This document shows positions 13,070 through 24,839 of a DNA stretch of 64,000 bases, piece by piece. The stretch lies in NCBI GenBank assembly GCA_047967505.1, contig CM106538.1. One strand, given 5' to 3'. The notes below the pieces were generated by a model. That model saw nothing but the letters and a program-made list of their open reading frames with translations, ran no database searches and was not told the origin of the DNA. The DNA is from Dipteris shenzhenensis. Taxonomy: Eukaryota. Position 1 is the first letter of the stretch. Every line of letters begins with the position of its first letter. Both the position numbers and the translations under genes were made by a program.

Positions 13070-13479
13070 TTAGTGTTTCCTAATTTCAAGGGATTAGAGA
13101 GTGATTTGAGGTATACCAATGAGAGTGCTAGAAGGTGTGGGGCAATGGTATGTTGAGGTGGCGGGTGGACAGGCCTACAGAGCCCCCCTATTGGTTGCTC
13201 CCCTTACACTAGGGACCACCCAAACCATCCCCCCCCCTCTTAACCCATGTTTGACCCTCCTACAAGGTGCACCTTCCCCACATTAGCCCAAAATTGCCTT
13301 CAATGGGATGGTAGGGACCTTTTGGCAAATTTTTCTTCTCCCCTCCCTCTTTCTAGGGCCTCTGCCCCCCATTGTTCTGGTCCAGCTTGTCAAATCACTC
13401 CATTTGAACCAAATCCCATGCATTTTCCCTCTTCCCCCTCTTTCTCTGTTCCCTCCTGCTCTAGCCTGCTTGCTGCAGC

Positions 13480-13510
<31 letters not shown>

Positions 13511-13712
13511 CCCTCCCTCTCCTGTGCATCTGTTGGAGTTGCTTTGTCCCTCTCCTTCTCCCTCTCCTGTGCCTCGGTTGTTGTTGCTCTGTCCCTCTCC
13601 TTTACCTTATTTTGTGCCTTTGTTGGAGCTGCTCTGTCCCTCTCCTTCTCCCTCTCCTGTGCTTCTGTTGCTGCCGCTATGTCCCTCTCCTTCTCCCTCT
13701 CTTTTGTGCCTC
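13480..13712. repeat. (CT)n followed by a 39-bp-period tandem repeat
   Basis: TGTCCCTCTCCTT recurs at 13546, 13590, 13635 and 13680 inside CTCTCCTGTGC/TTGTGCC-containing units. Period ~45 bp by those positions; unit length approximate. Confidence 0.75.
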
Positions 13713-15519
13713 TGTTAGAGCTGCATTGCCCTGTGTAGGAGTCCCATTCTTGCTGTTGCAACCTCTGCAAGCATGGTGAGAAGCAAGGCTACAAGACCAC
13801 GCAATGCTATGACCTCTTGTGTCTTCCACAACACCAAAAATGCATTGGATAAGTGGATCCCTTGTTTAGATGCGATTAACTTGAGCCAATATCGGAAGCT
13901 GGTCTCAAAGTCGGGCTCCAAACAAAGAGGAAAAAAGCAGGATTTCCTATGGGCACTGGGATACAGACACATGTGGTCGTGAAAGGCATGAAATTGGGAT
14001 CCCAAACAGAAACTTGGAGTCCATGCTTAACCAACGCACAGGCCTTGATACCTAGCATATGTTGGTTCGCTGGTAGCCAGTCGAAAGCAGCGCAAGAAAC
14101 GGGCTTTCGCTCATTTGTGGAGGAGGATGTCCAGACTATTGATAGCGATGCAATGTGAGAGGGTTTCCAACAGGGTCGTTTTGCCTGGAAGAAGAAACAT
14201 GTAACAAAAGACTTTGAATAAGAGTTCTACTCGCGCAGCAAATCTAGTCCGTCTACGATTACGTGAAGACCATAGAAATTCGAGTAGAAGTCTACAAGCA
14301 ACATAGAGGTGGAGCGTAAGCTTTGCTTGCATAGGGATCTCCGCATGTGACGAGCCGAGCAACTATGACACGGTTTTTGGGCTGTGAATTCAAAGCCAAT
14401 GCCCTTTAATTGTCTGCTACGCCTGTCATGCTTGTTAGAATGCAAATGAGCTTGCAAGCAGAGGAAGGAGATTTCAGAAACTATACTACTGCATGGCGAC
14501 AGGCGATCGCCACATGTAACTCGATCAACAAACCCGTACAACGTTCTGCGGACCAAACAACTTAGGCCACGTGTCAAGCAAGATCATGCAGGCAGAACAT
14601 GGTGGCGAACGCAAGATACATATGGCCCAACCCACCAACTGCGTATTGCAACCAACAAACGAACTAGAAAAAGACACGTGTCAAGACAACTAAAGAATAA
14701 AAGAACACGTGGCAGAACACCAAAAAATAACTACAATGCACTTACCTTCTCCCAACATCGTCTTCATTAAAGCCTCCCTGTGGCGGGCCAAAAAAGGCGT
14801 TGATACGATGCGTGGATAGGAAGACATCCATTTTTTCAATTTTACGAACGCATTAGTTCTTAGTGATGAATTAAGACATGCTGCGCATTACGGATTTGAG
14901 TGACTCGGTATCAATTGTATGAAATGTTTTAAGTCCATTTTACTTTGACGAAGTGTGTTGAATCAAAGAAATAAAAAGCCATCCCTCTTCGAATTCCCTC
15001 GTGGTGGTGACCGCTCTCAACAATTCCCAACTAGTTACTCAGTTAACATTGTACCTAGATCTTGAGCAGAAGTGCAGCATATAATAAACGATTTGCACAA
15101 CAAAGCAGAATCTGAATCTTGAGATCTGAAGACCATATTCCAGCACAGACTTCGAAGTTCGGAGTTCGTCGACGGACGCCGCCCATTACCAAGAGCTCAA
15201 ACACGTCCACAGAAATTACATAACGGAGATCGCTCCGATTTCCTCCTCCTCTTCATGCAGCGTGATTTCCTACAGTTAGTGCACCTCCCGCTCTGAGGCG
15301 AGGCGCTTTACAACCTGTATCCTAAGCTATGACTCAGCTTCGTGCGGTTTCCTTCGAGCACGGCCTAGAAGGAATTACGTAGATAACGCATGCCGAATCT
15401 GTGATATGCGATTCGGAGGGGCAAATTCTCTAATCCAGGAAAGTAGCCAGATGTGCATGAGTACAACCCGTAGCGTTCGACGTTTCTGTGGGGATAGTCG
15501 AGACGAAAACTTCTCATGA

Positions 15520-16251
15520 TTAGGGCGAAACCTCAGCCGTCTCGAGGCTCACTACCCGGAAGTTGGAGCTTGGAGGAGATGAAACGGCCGCGGGACGCCT
15601 CGCACTCACCAAAGCAGCACGTGCGACTATTAAACCGGGCGGTCGGAGAGCCTCCTCCACTTCTTCAGTGCTTATCCACTCAAGCAACCGGTCTTCTCCA
15701 CCCCAAACTTCAGGGATCTGCACCTTCCCGGCTACTTGAAGACATTGATTTCGCAGCCTTTCGCGACGAGACTTAACATCCCCCATTGCCGCATTCAGGA
15801 CGCGAGTAGGAAGATGCACATTGGAAGAAGAATCAGATCTATCGAACGGGCTACCTTCGGGGGGCTCCTCGAAGCAATCGCTAGGGTATGCAGCTCCCAC
15901 GCTGTCTGAGGCGCAGCCAGGCGCAGGTTGTCGTTCCGAGCCGCTAATGCTGCACGCGCAAGGAGATTCTACAGTGAGATCCACTTGCTTATCAAGGTCG
16001 AAAGCTGCGCAAAACTCGAGATTCACGTAAGGATTCTTCAGCGAGTGCTGAAGCTGTTGAGGCGAATGAGCAGCAATGCGAGGGGGACGCGTACAGGGAG
16101 GAGCGTCGAGGCAGGCGGCAGGGTCGCGTGAAGGGGAAGAGGCAGCCAAGGGAGGGAGGTGGGGAGGGCCGGGAGGCATGGAGAGGGGGAGGGAGCGTTT
16201 ACGAGTGGAGGAAGTGACAAGGGGAGGGGAGGTAAGAGGGGATCTCTTCAT
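15520..16251 (-). CDS. BIC1: Blue-light inhibitor of cryptochromes (BIC1/BIC2-like) protein, 243 aa, intronless
   Basis: C-terminal SRRERLRNQCLQVAGKVQIPEVWGGEDRLLEWI...LIVARAALV matches the BIC cryptochrome-interacting domain pattern (RERLKRHRxEVAGxVxIPxxWGxExLLxxW...SARAAL). Low-complexity N-terminus. CpG-rich island. Confidence 0.9.
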   Translation of the reverse strand: MKRSPLTSPPLVTSSTRKRSLPLSMPPGPPHLPPLAASSPSRDPAACLDAPPCTRPPRIAAHSPQQLQHSLKNPYVNLEFCAAFDLDKQVDLTVESPCACSISGSERQPAPGCASDSVGAAYPSDCFEEPPEGSPFDRSDSSSNVHLPTRVLNAAMGDVKSRRERLRNQCLQVAGKVQIPEVWGGEDRLLEWISTEEVEEALRPPGLIVARAALVSARRPAAVSSPPSSNFRVVSLETAEVSP

Positions 16252-16435
16252 GGAAGCTTAGCTATGGCAATAGCAAGGAAGCTTAGAGGTGAGCTATGGA
16301 GCTTGCGAGGCTCTCAAAGTATCAATTGCAAGATTGGTTTGAACTCTCAGAGTATCAATTGCATGATTGGTTGAGAATGGCGGAATGAAAGAGAGGAGGA
16401 AAGACGCTCTCATTTACGATCGCAGGCAAGGCTCC

Positions 16436-16524
16436 TTTCTAAATATCCCATTCCCCCCGTTTCCCTCTTGTGGCTCCTCCCTTCACACGTTTCACACCAA
16501 GAGAGAAGGCCAGCTTGCCACGTC
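16436..16524 (-). promoter_or_regulatory. Candidate BIC proximal promoter: TATA-like box and two ACGT-core elements
   Basis: Minus-strand TATTTAGAAA ~16436-16445, AACGTG at 16486-16491, GACGTGGC at 16517-16524. Confidence 0.5.
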
Positions 16525-17664
16525 TTCCCACTCGTAGAACTCCTCAACGAGAGAGTCATGCATTTGTACAACCATACTAATGACTCCCATTGCGCCGCAC
16601 TCTCCTTGTGGAGGGACGCTTGATGCGGCGTCAAGCATGGCAACGGCTCTAGGTTTCGCAACGGGTCGATGAGGGTGGCGGCAAAGGTAAGGGCTCAAGG
16701 CTACAAGGGACCAAGAGAGGTCGATGAGGCTACAAGGGACGAAGAGAGGCTAATGAGGGGTCAGGATACAACCATACTAATGGCTCCATCATGTAGCACA
16801 AGCCTTGTGGAGTTCTAGAGGACATCGGTGCGTGTGGAAGAAGGAAGGGGCTCAACACTGCTAGGAAAGAAGAGAGGTTGATGAAGGGGAATCTAAGGCA
16901 CAATCATAATGCAAGCTCATGCATTGGTGTTTAAGCAACCAACCCTTTCGAACGAAGTTGTTTTCTTACATTCATGATGTTAGTAGCATGGTTGCGCTTT
17001 GCTTCTTATAGTTCCGTGTTTTCTTATAGACATGTTGTGGTCAATGCACTGGTGCATACGCGTGGCGTGGCTGCAATGGTGCTTGCGGCTACATTGGGTG
17101 GAATGCGACATATGACTGGGGACATGGGTGCATTGGTGCTTGTGGTTGTGGTGAATGTATCTTCACATATACCATGCAATATATAGCCATAGCGTATGGT
17201 GTCTAAATCACTTAGCATTGCACAAGTGTCCAAAAAGCATGCAAAAAGCCCACATGTGGTGTGCATGCACTTTGCATGCACGTGTGCAAAATATCGCATG
17301 GTGTATCGAAAAACTATGTAGTATATTTTCTTCGTACTGCATGGTGTTTAGGTTTACAGTGTGTTAATTATCCAATCAATCGGTATTCAACGATCATATG
17401 GATAAAAGGCTTTTTTTTTGCATTTTGAACATTCCCAAGCATTTTTTATATGAAAGGTACATACTATTTCAACAAAAGAACATACTATAAAAATCCTTCC
17501 TAGGGCACTATGCCTAACACATGTGAAACACATGCTTAAATTTATGATTCTCACCTAATATCTTACATAGTTAAAATATTATAACTAGAAGGAAAGAGAA
17601 AGAAGAACTGAATCAACTCTCCTAATAATCAATATAATGCTAGGGACTCGGGAGTCCCAAAAGA

Positions 17665-17988
17665 TCTATACCTCTTTTCTTGCTCTTTGTGAAGGCCCTC
17701 TTCAAACACCTCATGCATCTAGTGGGAGTATAAATTGTAGTGATAGCGCACTTCACCGCCGCCACCATCTCTAGCTTTGATAATTTCCACGGTGCACGAG
17801 GTAAAAAGACACTCCCATTTGGCCTCTCTTGTGGCCAAGCCTTACGCATCCTCCCTATGGTGCGTAGATCCTCCCTTATGCCTATGGAATCTCATGTCTC
17901 ATTCAAATGTTCCCAAATGGTAGATGCCACATTCTTGAAAATATGCATGGGATCAAGCAGGTGATTTATTTGGAGGTGGGACCAATAT
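17665..17988 (-). mobile_element. Older CACTA-family copy, left piece (transposase exon-5 homologue)
   Basis: High identity to 20210-20531. Continues seamlessly at 25461 once the inner element is removed. Confidence 0.9.
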
Positions 17989-18008
17989 CACAACAACACA
18001 AAGCAACT

Positions 18009-18276
18009 ATAGACGCGCTTGGTAGACGCGTAAAATAGCAGGCACGTCTATAGGTGTTGCTTTAGTAGAGAAATTACGGGCGCGTCTAAATGCCCGTTTA
18101 AAAGCTCGTCTGTTTGCGCGTAAATCACCGCGTCTATTTGCGCATCTGACCTGAGAAAATACGGGCCCGTCTAACATCCCGTTTATTAGCGCGTCTATTT
18201 GCGCGTGTATTTGCCCGTTTATTTGCGCGTTTACACTGAGAATCAGACACGCATTTAGACGCATAAATAGACGCGC
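18009..18276. repeat. Left subterminal array of TAGACGCG/CGCGTCTA motifs
   Basis: Many direct and inverted copies directly inside the left TIR. Confidence 0.85.
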
Positions 18277-18443
18277 TCCAGAGAATATAGAAAGTGAGAT
18301 TTTGGTGTACATCATTGCTTTCCAAACATTGCCCATGATTACCAAAGCACATAATTTTTTGCAAGCCCACATATACAAGAATTAAGTGAGATGAGGAGAA
18401 TGAGACAATCTGTAAAATAGTTTTGCCAATATCAATTGTGGGG

Positions 18444-21400
18444 CTACGGTTCAATCTCATCCTCAATGAGATCAACCCTTGCCAAACTATCTACTTCAAA
18501 ATCCAAACAAGTGTTTAGATCTACAAATACATTCAAGCCACTACTACTTGTGCCACTCATGTGCTCATCAAAATCAGCATCTCCAATGGTAGGCTCGTCC
18601 TCACGGGTAATGGCCTCAATATCTATATCTCCTATCTCATGATCATCCTCCTCTCTTGTATCACGGTCATCATCACGTCCATGGCCATGATCATCCTCCA
18701 TACGCTCCATATTAGTAAATGTACTATACATCACTTTGGAACGTGGCATAATAGGTATGACATGCCACCATCTATTATTATCCACCATTGGTTGATAGAC
18801 AACCTAATTCAAACACAAATACAATCATGTTACTTTTCTTGCATCAAATATTTAAAAGCGAGTATTTTTATGTGTGTGCACAGTACCTGTTCACATTGTT
18901 GCGGTAGTACTAGTGTGTCCTTCCTACTTTGCCAAAACTTTGTGGAGTCAATAGTTACAAAGCCACTTGCATGGCGTTTGATTGTTGCATTAGGGCCTCT
19001 TTCCACCACGTCCTTAAACCACTTTACATCCAAAACATACACAAAGAAGCGTCGAAAGTCAAGCATAATGATATCTTGGATTATGCCACAATAATCATCC
19101 ATGGCTCCATTGGCTCCCTCAAAGCTAGCAATGACGCCGCAATCTTGTGTGTTTCTCTTATCATCAATCCGTTGTGTTCGAAAATGCTTGCCCTCACACC
19201 ATATAGCATTGAACATAGTGCACTACACCAAGAAAAAATCAATTAAATAAGCAATCTAAATTATAAAAAGCTCCTAACTTATGCATAACATTCTATATAC
19301 CGACCTTGCTCATGCATCCCCTAGCATACTCCCATTCTTCCATTGTGATATGCATCCCCTCATCTTTCTCTGCTTTCTCCATTTCATCAAGTAGCCAATC
19401 CACATGAATATCCTTTGGAAGTGCTCTTAGATGCTGAGGGTATGGCACACGAGATCCGTGGTGTGTACGAAAGAGGGCCCTTTCTTCTTGTCTTCTTGCC
19501 TTTGCATCCTCGTATCTTGTCACCCATCTTTTCATCACATCACTATTAAGCACGCAAAAGAGATTGATACTATTATGCAACTCTGTGTCTATTACTTTGT
19601 TGCGTCCTTTTCCTTGAGGCACAATAGAGGTCATCCTTAGGTCTTCATCATCTCTCCATAGTCGTGGGAGAGAGCTATCCACATCAACAAGAAACTCAGA
19701 AATATATACAAGTGACTCTTGTACCAACCAACCCTCGGCCATGCTACCTTCGGGTCTTGCATTTTGTCTCACGAAGCCCTTCAAGGTCTTCATGAAGCGC
19801 TCGAGAAAGAACAACCATCGTGCATGTATAGTACCGCATATAGCAATCTCATCCACCAAATGTACTATTAGATGTAGTTGGCTTGTGAGAATAGAACGTG
19901 GAAATGTCTCCTCCACTAAACAAACCGCCTCCACTGACATAACTCGAGCATTCTCAAGCGTGGTGGGATCTATTTCCTTTGATCTCACATACCTCACAAG
20001 CTCGCCCATCTTGTAAATACAATCTTTCACGTCCTTCGATGCACTACGTGAAATGCTAGTAGGTATTATGAACTGAACCCGCGAGGAGGTGGTTGATTAG
20101 TTACTTATAGCTATTCACTCACAAATTTGAAAGGAAAAAGATATTATGCATATAAAATACTTACTTGGAGCATCTTGTGCCAATCATGAGATTTCAAGCC
20201 ATATAATTGCTCTACACCTCTTTTCTTGCTCTTTGTAAAGGCTCCCTTCAAACACCTCATGCATCCAGTGGGAATACGAATTGTAGTAATAGCGCGCTTC
20301 ACCGTCGCCATCTCTAGCTTTGATAACATCCACGGTGCATGAGGTAAAAAAACACGCCCATTTGGTCTCTCTTGAGGCCAAGTTTCACGCATCCTCCCTG
20401 TGGTACGTAGATCCTCCCTTATGCCTACCGAATCTCGTGTCCCATTCAAATGCTCCCAAATGGTAGATGCCACATTCTTGAAGATATGCATGGGATCAAG
20501 CAAGTGATTGATCTTGAGGTGGGACCAATATGGTAAACGATAAAAGATGGAGTATCTAAACAAAATAAAGTGTTAGCGTGCAATCTTTACTTTCAACCAA
20601 TATAGCCAATCTTTACTTCCAGCCAATAGTTACAAACCCTTACCGGCTCATGCCAAGTGGTGGAGGAGTCGTGGAACCGTCCCAAATTCTCATCCAATCT
20701 CCCGTGGTGAGTGATTGTGGGAGGACTTCATTCCAAGGGGCAACATATCTAGGATGATCAGGTGGGAGAAATCGATGGTGATTCTCATAGATGACCTTAT
20801 TCAATGCGCCTGCCCGTGAGGCAACTAGCGAAGGACCATAAACAGGACATGCATGGTAACCCGATGTAGTGAGACCTGAACAATAGATGCAATTAAGAGT
20901 GGAAGGTGGGTTTAGGGTGCCACGTCCTTTGCCTATTCATAATTAAAAAATGCAATGCTTACCTGAACACTCGCCATAGCCTGGGAAGTCATGCATCGTC
21001 CACATCAAGACTGCTTTGCAGTTGAAGTCTCGTGATGAGGGAGGCCTGCTCACATCATGCACCTCGATACCTCTCCAAAGTATCTCTATCTCATCAATCA
21101 AAGGCTCCAAATAAACATCAGGGTTTTTGACTTTATGTTTCCCTGGAATTAGAAGGGACAGCATGACATGTCCTTTCTTAATAGCCATAGAGGGTGGAAG
21201 ATTGTAATTCACCAATACCACTGGCCATACACTGTAAGACGTGCTTTTGAGACCAAATGGGTTCACACCGTCCATACCCAATCCAAGTCTCAAGCTCCTA
21301 GATTCTTCCTTGAAGCTTGGCCATGTGACTTCAATATGCTTCCACGCAGGAGAGTCCGCGGGAGTTCTCCACTTGCCATCGGTTGATCGATGGGAGGAAT

Positions 21401-22421
21401 GCCATGACATGAGCTCTGCAATAGATTTGCACTTGAACATATGTTGGATGCGAGGGATTATGGGAAAATGTCGCAATACCTTACGAGGCACGTCCAAGGT
21501 TTTGAGATCTGCTCTATATCTTGCCTCTCCACAAGAAGGACACTCTCTTGCATCCTTATGTAGTCCACGAAACAAAACGCAATCGTTGACACATGCATGG
21601 ATGCGCTTGTAATCTAATCCTCCAAGAGAGGTCACATGTTGCCTTGCCATATCTCTTGAGGTCGGTAATTTATTCTCCCTTGGAAGCATTTTACACAATA
21701 GCCTGCACGTGAAGACCATAAATGAGGAAAAGCATTCGAGTAATTGACCCACTAGCATAATTCACCATGTTTGCAAAATCGACTTTAAAGCTTACTTGAG
21801 TAATGCATTCAAACTTGCATTGCTCCATCCATAGATGGTTTGCAAGTTTAGTAACTCAAGGGAGGCACGTAGAACAGAGAATGTGCACCCCTCAAATAGT
21901 GGAGTCGATGCTGCGGTAAAAAGATCATCCTGCTCCATGCTATTATCCCTCCCTTGATGGACATATAAATCCCGCACCATATCATCAAACACCTCCTCCT
22001 CCACGGCTTCATGAGGTAATGGCGGAGGGCTACTATCACCATCACTCCATGCATCCGTAACGGTCCCTCCTGAAGATCCCACCTCATATCGCCGACGCTT
22101 CGCCTCCTCACGACGGGCATAGGGTAACATGTGCGGGTGTGGCACTGCATCCTGTATCAAATTAAAACGGGATCATAACTCAAACATATGAACACCCATA
22201 GGTATCTCAATCAACCTTAACTTACAAACCCTTACCCTGTTTACGGTCACATCCCATTCTCCATACTTTGAGATATGATTGAGTGTAATCTTGCGTGCAC
22301 GATACATGTTTCCTCGACATCGATCACATAGACATTTGATTTTTTGCTCCAACCACATTTCGCGATGGTGGATACGGAGGGATTCATCCTCACTGGAGCT
22401 ACTTGTTGAAGATGGAGACAT
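18444..22421 (-). CDS. En/Spm TnpD-like transposase (transposase-associated, Tnp2, DUF4218- and DUF4216-like regions), 8 coding exons, 1122 aa, frame intact
   Basis: Exons 22236-22421, 21796-22151, 20963-21702, 20644-20875, 20165-20555, 19305-20072, 18887-19222, 18444-18803. All introns GT-AG with consistent phases; total 3369 nt. Motifs CLCDRC, IHACVNDCVLF, LRLGLGMDGVNPF, YNLPP, WTMHDFPGY, LDPMHIFKNV, HLIVHL, FFLERFM, RPEGSMAEG. Confidence 0.93.
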
Positions 22422-22482
22422 CCTACAAACAAACAACCCACCAAATTTGCTCTTCTTCAAATGCTTAATTTAAACTCTGTGT

Positions 22483-22605
22483 TGCGTCTATCGCCGCATC
22501 TATAGTCGCGTCTAACATCGCGTCTAATGGCACGTCTAAACGCGTGTCTACTCTGTGTATTTAGACGCGCCTATAGACGCGCTAATAGACGCGACTATAG
22601 ACGTA
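22483..22605. repeat. Internal TAGACGCG array upstream of the transposase ATG
   Basis: CGCGTCTA copies followed by TAGACGCG copies. Confidence 0.85.
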
Positions 22606-23024
22606 GCTTTTAAACCTGCTTTTCGGTGCGCCGCTCGCTTTGCTTTTCTTTACATTACCTAAACTTCGCGAGCGGCTTCCTTCCTTCTTTATTAGCAGTT
22701 CCATAGATTCGAAGCTTAAGAGAGAGCCTCCCGTACACACTTCCAAGCTTTCACTCAAGAGAAAGGGACCGTACCTACACTTACTTCCAAGCCTAAAGGA
22801 GAGGAGGAGTACGAACAAGGAGAAGAAGCAAGTTTGGAAAAGAAAGAAGAACCTTCCATACCTTTATCCAAGTAAGTCCTTTTGAAGTTGTTCTTGTTTG
22901 GAAGTTTGCTCTTTCCAGTTTTGTACTTTCTCGCATCCAAGAAATGCAGGATCTAGGTATGAGCATCACGTTTTTGTGTCGGGCAGAACGTCCTTTTCGA
23001 CTTTTTAGAAATCTCGCCTGTCGG

Positions 23025-23303
23025 AGCGCGTCTATAGGCGCGTCTCAGAGCGCGTCTAAAAGCGCATCTACAAGCGCGTCTAACCGCACGTCTGGCTTGT
23101 TGCAGACATACACATACGCGTCTATAGACGCTCACACAGACGCCCTGTTAGATGCACTTTTAAACGCATTGTTAGATGCACTGTTAAACACACTGTTAGA
23201 CGCACTGTTAAATGCACTATTAGATGCACTATTAAACGCACTGTTAAATGCTCTGTTAGATGCGTCTATAGACGCGCAAATCAGACGGGTCTATAGACGC
23301 GCT
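23025..23303. repeat. Internal TAGACGC array including 12-bp-period TGTTAGATGCAC units upstream of gene 2
   Basis: GCGCGTCTA copies, then a run of TGTTA(G/A)A(C/T)GCAC units. Confidence 0.85.
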
Positions 23304-23382
23304 CTGACAGTAAGCCTCTTTTTTCTTCCCCTTTCTTCTCATCTCATCAGTAATAGATTTTTTTCCTTTTTTCTAGTTCAAG

Positions 23383-24839
23383 ATGTGGCCAGGAAGTGCT
23401 TCTAGCTCACCTGATCCCCGGGAATCTATTTGGAAGGACTTATATAATCTTTTAGGGCACCCTCCTAGTCCTCTGGAGTTATACGGGTATATGACGGGTA
23501 CCCTTAACACTCCCCAGGAGTCAGCACTATAGACTCCGAGCCACTCCACACCACCTGAGATCACCCCAGTGGAGTCAGCACATCCGTCTTATGCCCCTTC
23601 TTATGCCCCTTCTCCCGTACCATCTTATGCCCCTTCCCCCATGCCGTCTTATGTCCCTTCTGCCATCCCGTCTTATGCCCCTTCCCCCATGCCGTCAGGA
23701 GGTCCTTCTGTCTCGGCGAGCCGTCGACGTACTCCCCAGCCGTCGAGACTCGGTTCTCCAGCTACGAGTGGTCAGCGTAGTCCCGTGCAGTCCCCAACTA
23801 CAAGTGGCCAGCGTACGAGCTCGACACGACAGGGTAGCAGGCGTAGTAGCAAGGAGAGCGGTGGCGGATGCATGGCACAGTGCTTTGGGCCATGTGGTGG
23901 TGAGGAGGAGGATGATTCAAATGATTTAGACGTGCCTCTGGGTGATGGTACGATTTATTATGACATCACTCAGACAGGAGGCATCTTGATGGATGCGCGG
24001 GGGAAGGACATCATGGCCTTCATGCGCTCTGTAATTGCTAACAATTACAGAGATTGCTTTATCCACTATAAAGACCACCCAAAGAGGTTGGCTGATGAGA
24101 CCCTCGCTACTGTTCGCTCTAGGTATCCTAACCCCCCCAATCGCCAGTTCACAGATAAATGGGGGAAGTCAAAGATTGTTACGATACTTAGCAATAAAAG
24201 ATCTTCGCTTAAGAGGCAGGCACTAGCGGAGCTTGCCAGGCTTGAGGCAGGTCAACCACCAAGGGGCCCGCCCCACACCGCTCACAAGCGTGAGTGGAAG
24301 AAGGCAATGAAGTCAGCGAGGGAGGAGCCCAGTCTGCAGCACGTGGAGGCACGGAGGATCCAGATGGAGGAATATGGAAGCGCGCATTTTGGAGCAGGGG
24401 GTGTTGAATCATGGGAGGCCCAATTTGTAAGTATCGATCTCAAATTATATTGCTTATGTAGTTTATTAGGAGGTTGGTTGTTTCTTTGTACTAATCCCTC
24501 CACAAAGTGTGTCGCGGTCATGCAGCTTGAGATCGTGGGCAGATACCCTACTCCAGTGGAGAAAGCCTACCACCGCCACCATCGCAGAGGAGATACATGG
24601 AGGCACTTCTATGATGACGGCTTGATTACTGAGGAGCAGTATACCCGAGCTACTGGAGCGGCCCCCCAGGTATTTGAAAGTAATTAAATAATGCCAAAAT
24701 TATAAGTAAAGATTTGATTTTTCATACATTGATATATGTTGTCCCTTGTTTACAGGCCCATGCACAAGACGACGAGGAAGACGAGGAAGGAGGCGCAGAA
24801 GGGAGCGCAGAAGGGAGCGTGGAAGGCAGCAAGGATTAG
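23383..24839 (+). pseudogene. Second transposon gene (divergent TnpA/Ptta-like), 3 coding exons, one premature TAG at 23530-23532
   Basis: ATG 23383 lies just after a pyrimidine-tract AG and is in frame with ORF 23569. Introns 24427-24525 and 24670-24755 (GT-AG). PSYAPSP repeats, a helical core with HFGAGG reminiscent of the Ptta/En-Spm HxxG motif, acidic tail. Confidence 0.7.

Noticed and set aside
22944-23405. 153-aa ORF with LLDALLNA repeats
   Set aside because: It is the translation of the 12-bp-period TAGACGC motif array inside a putative leader intron.
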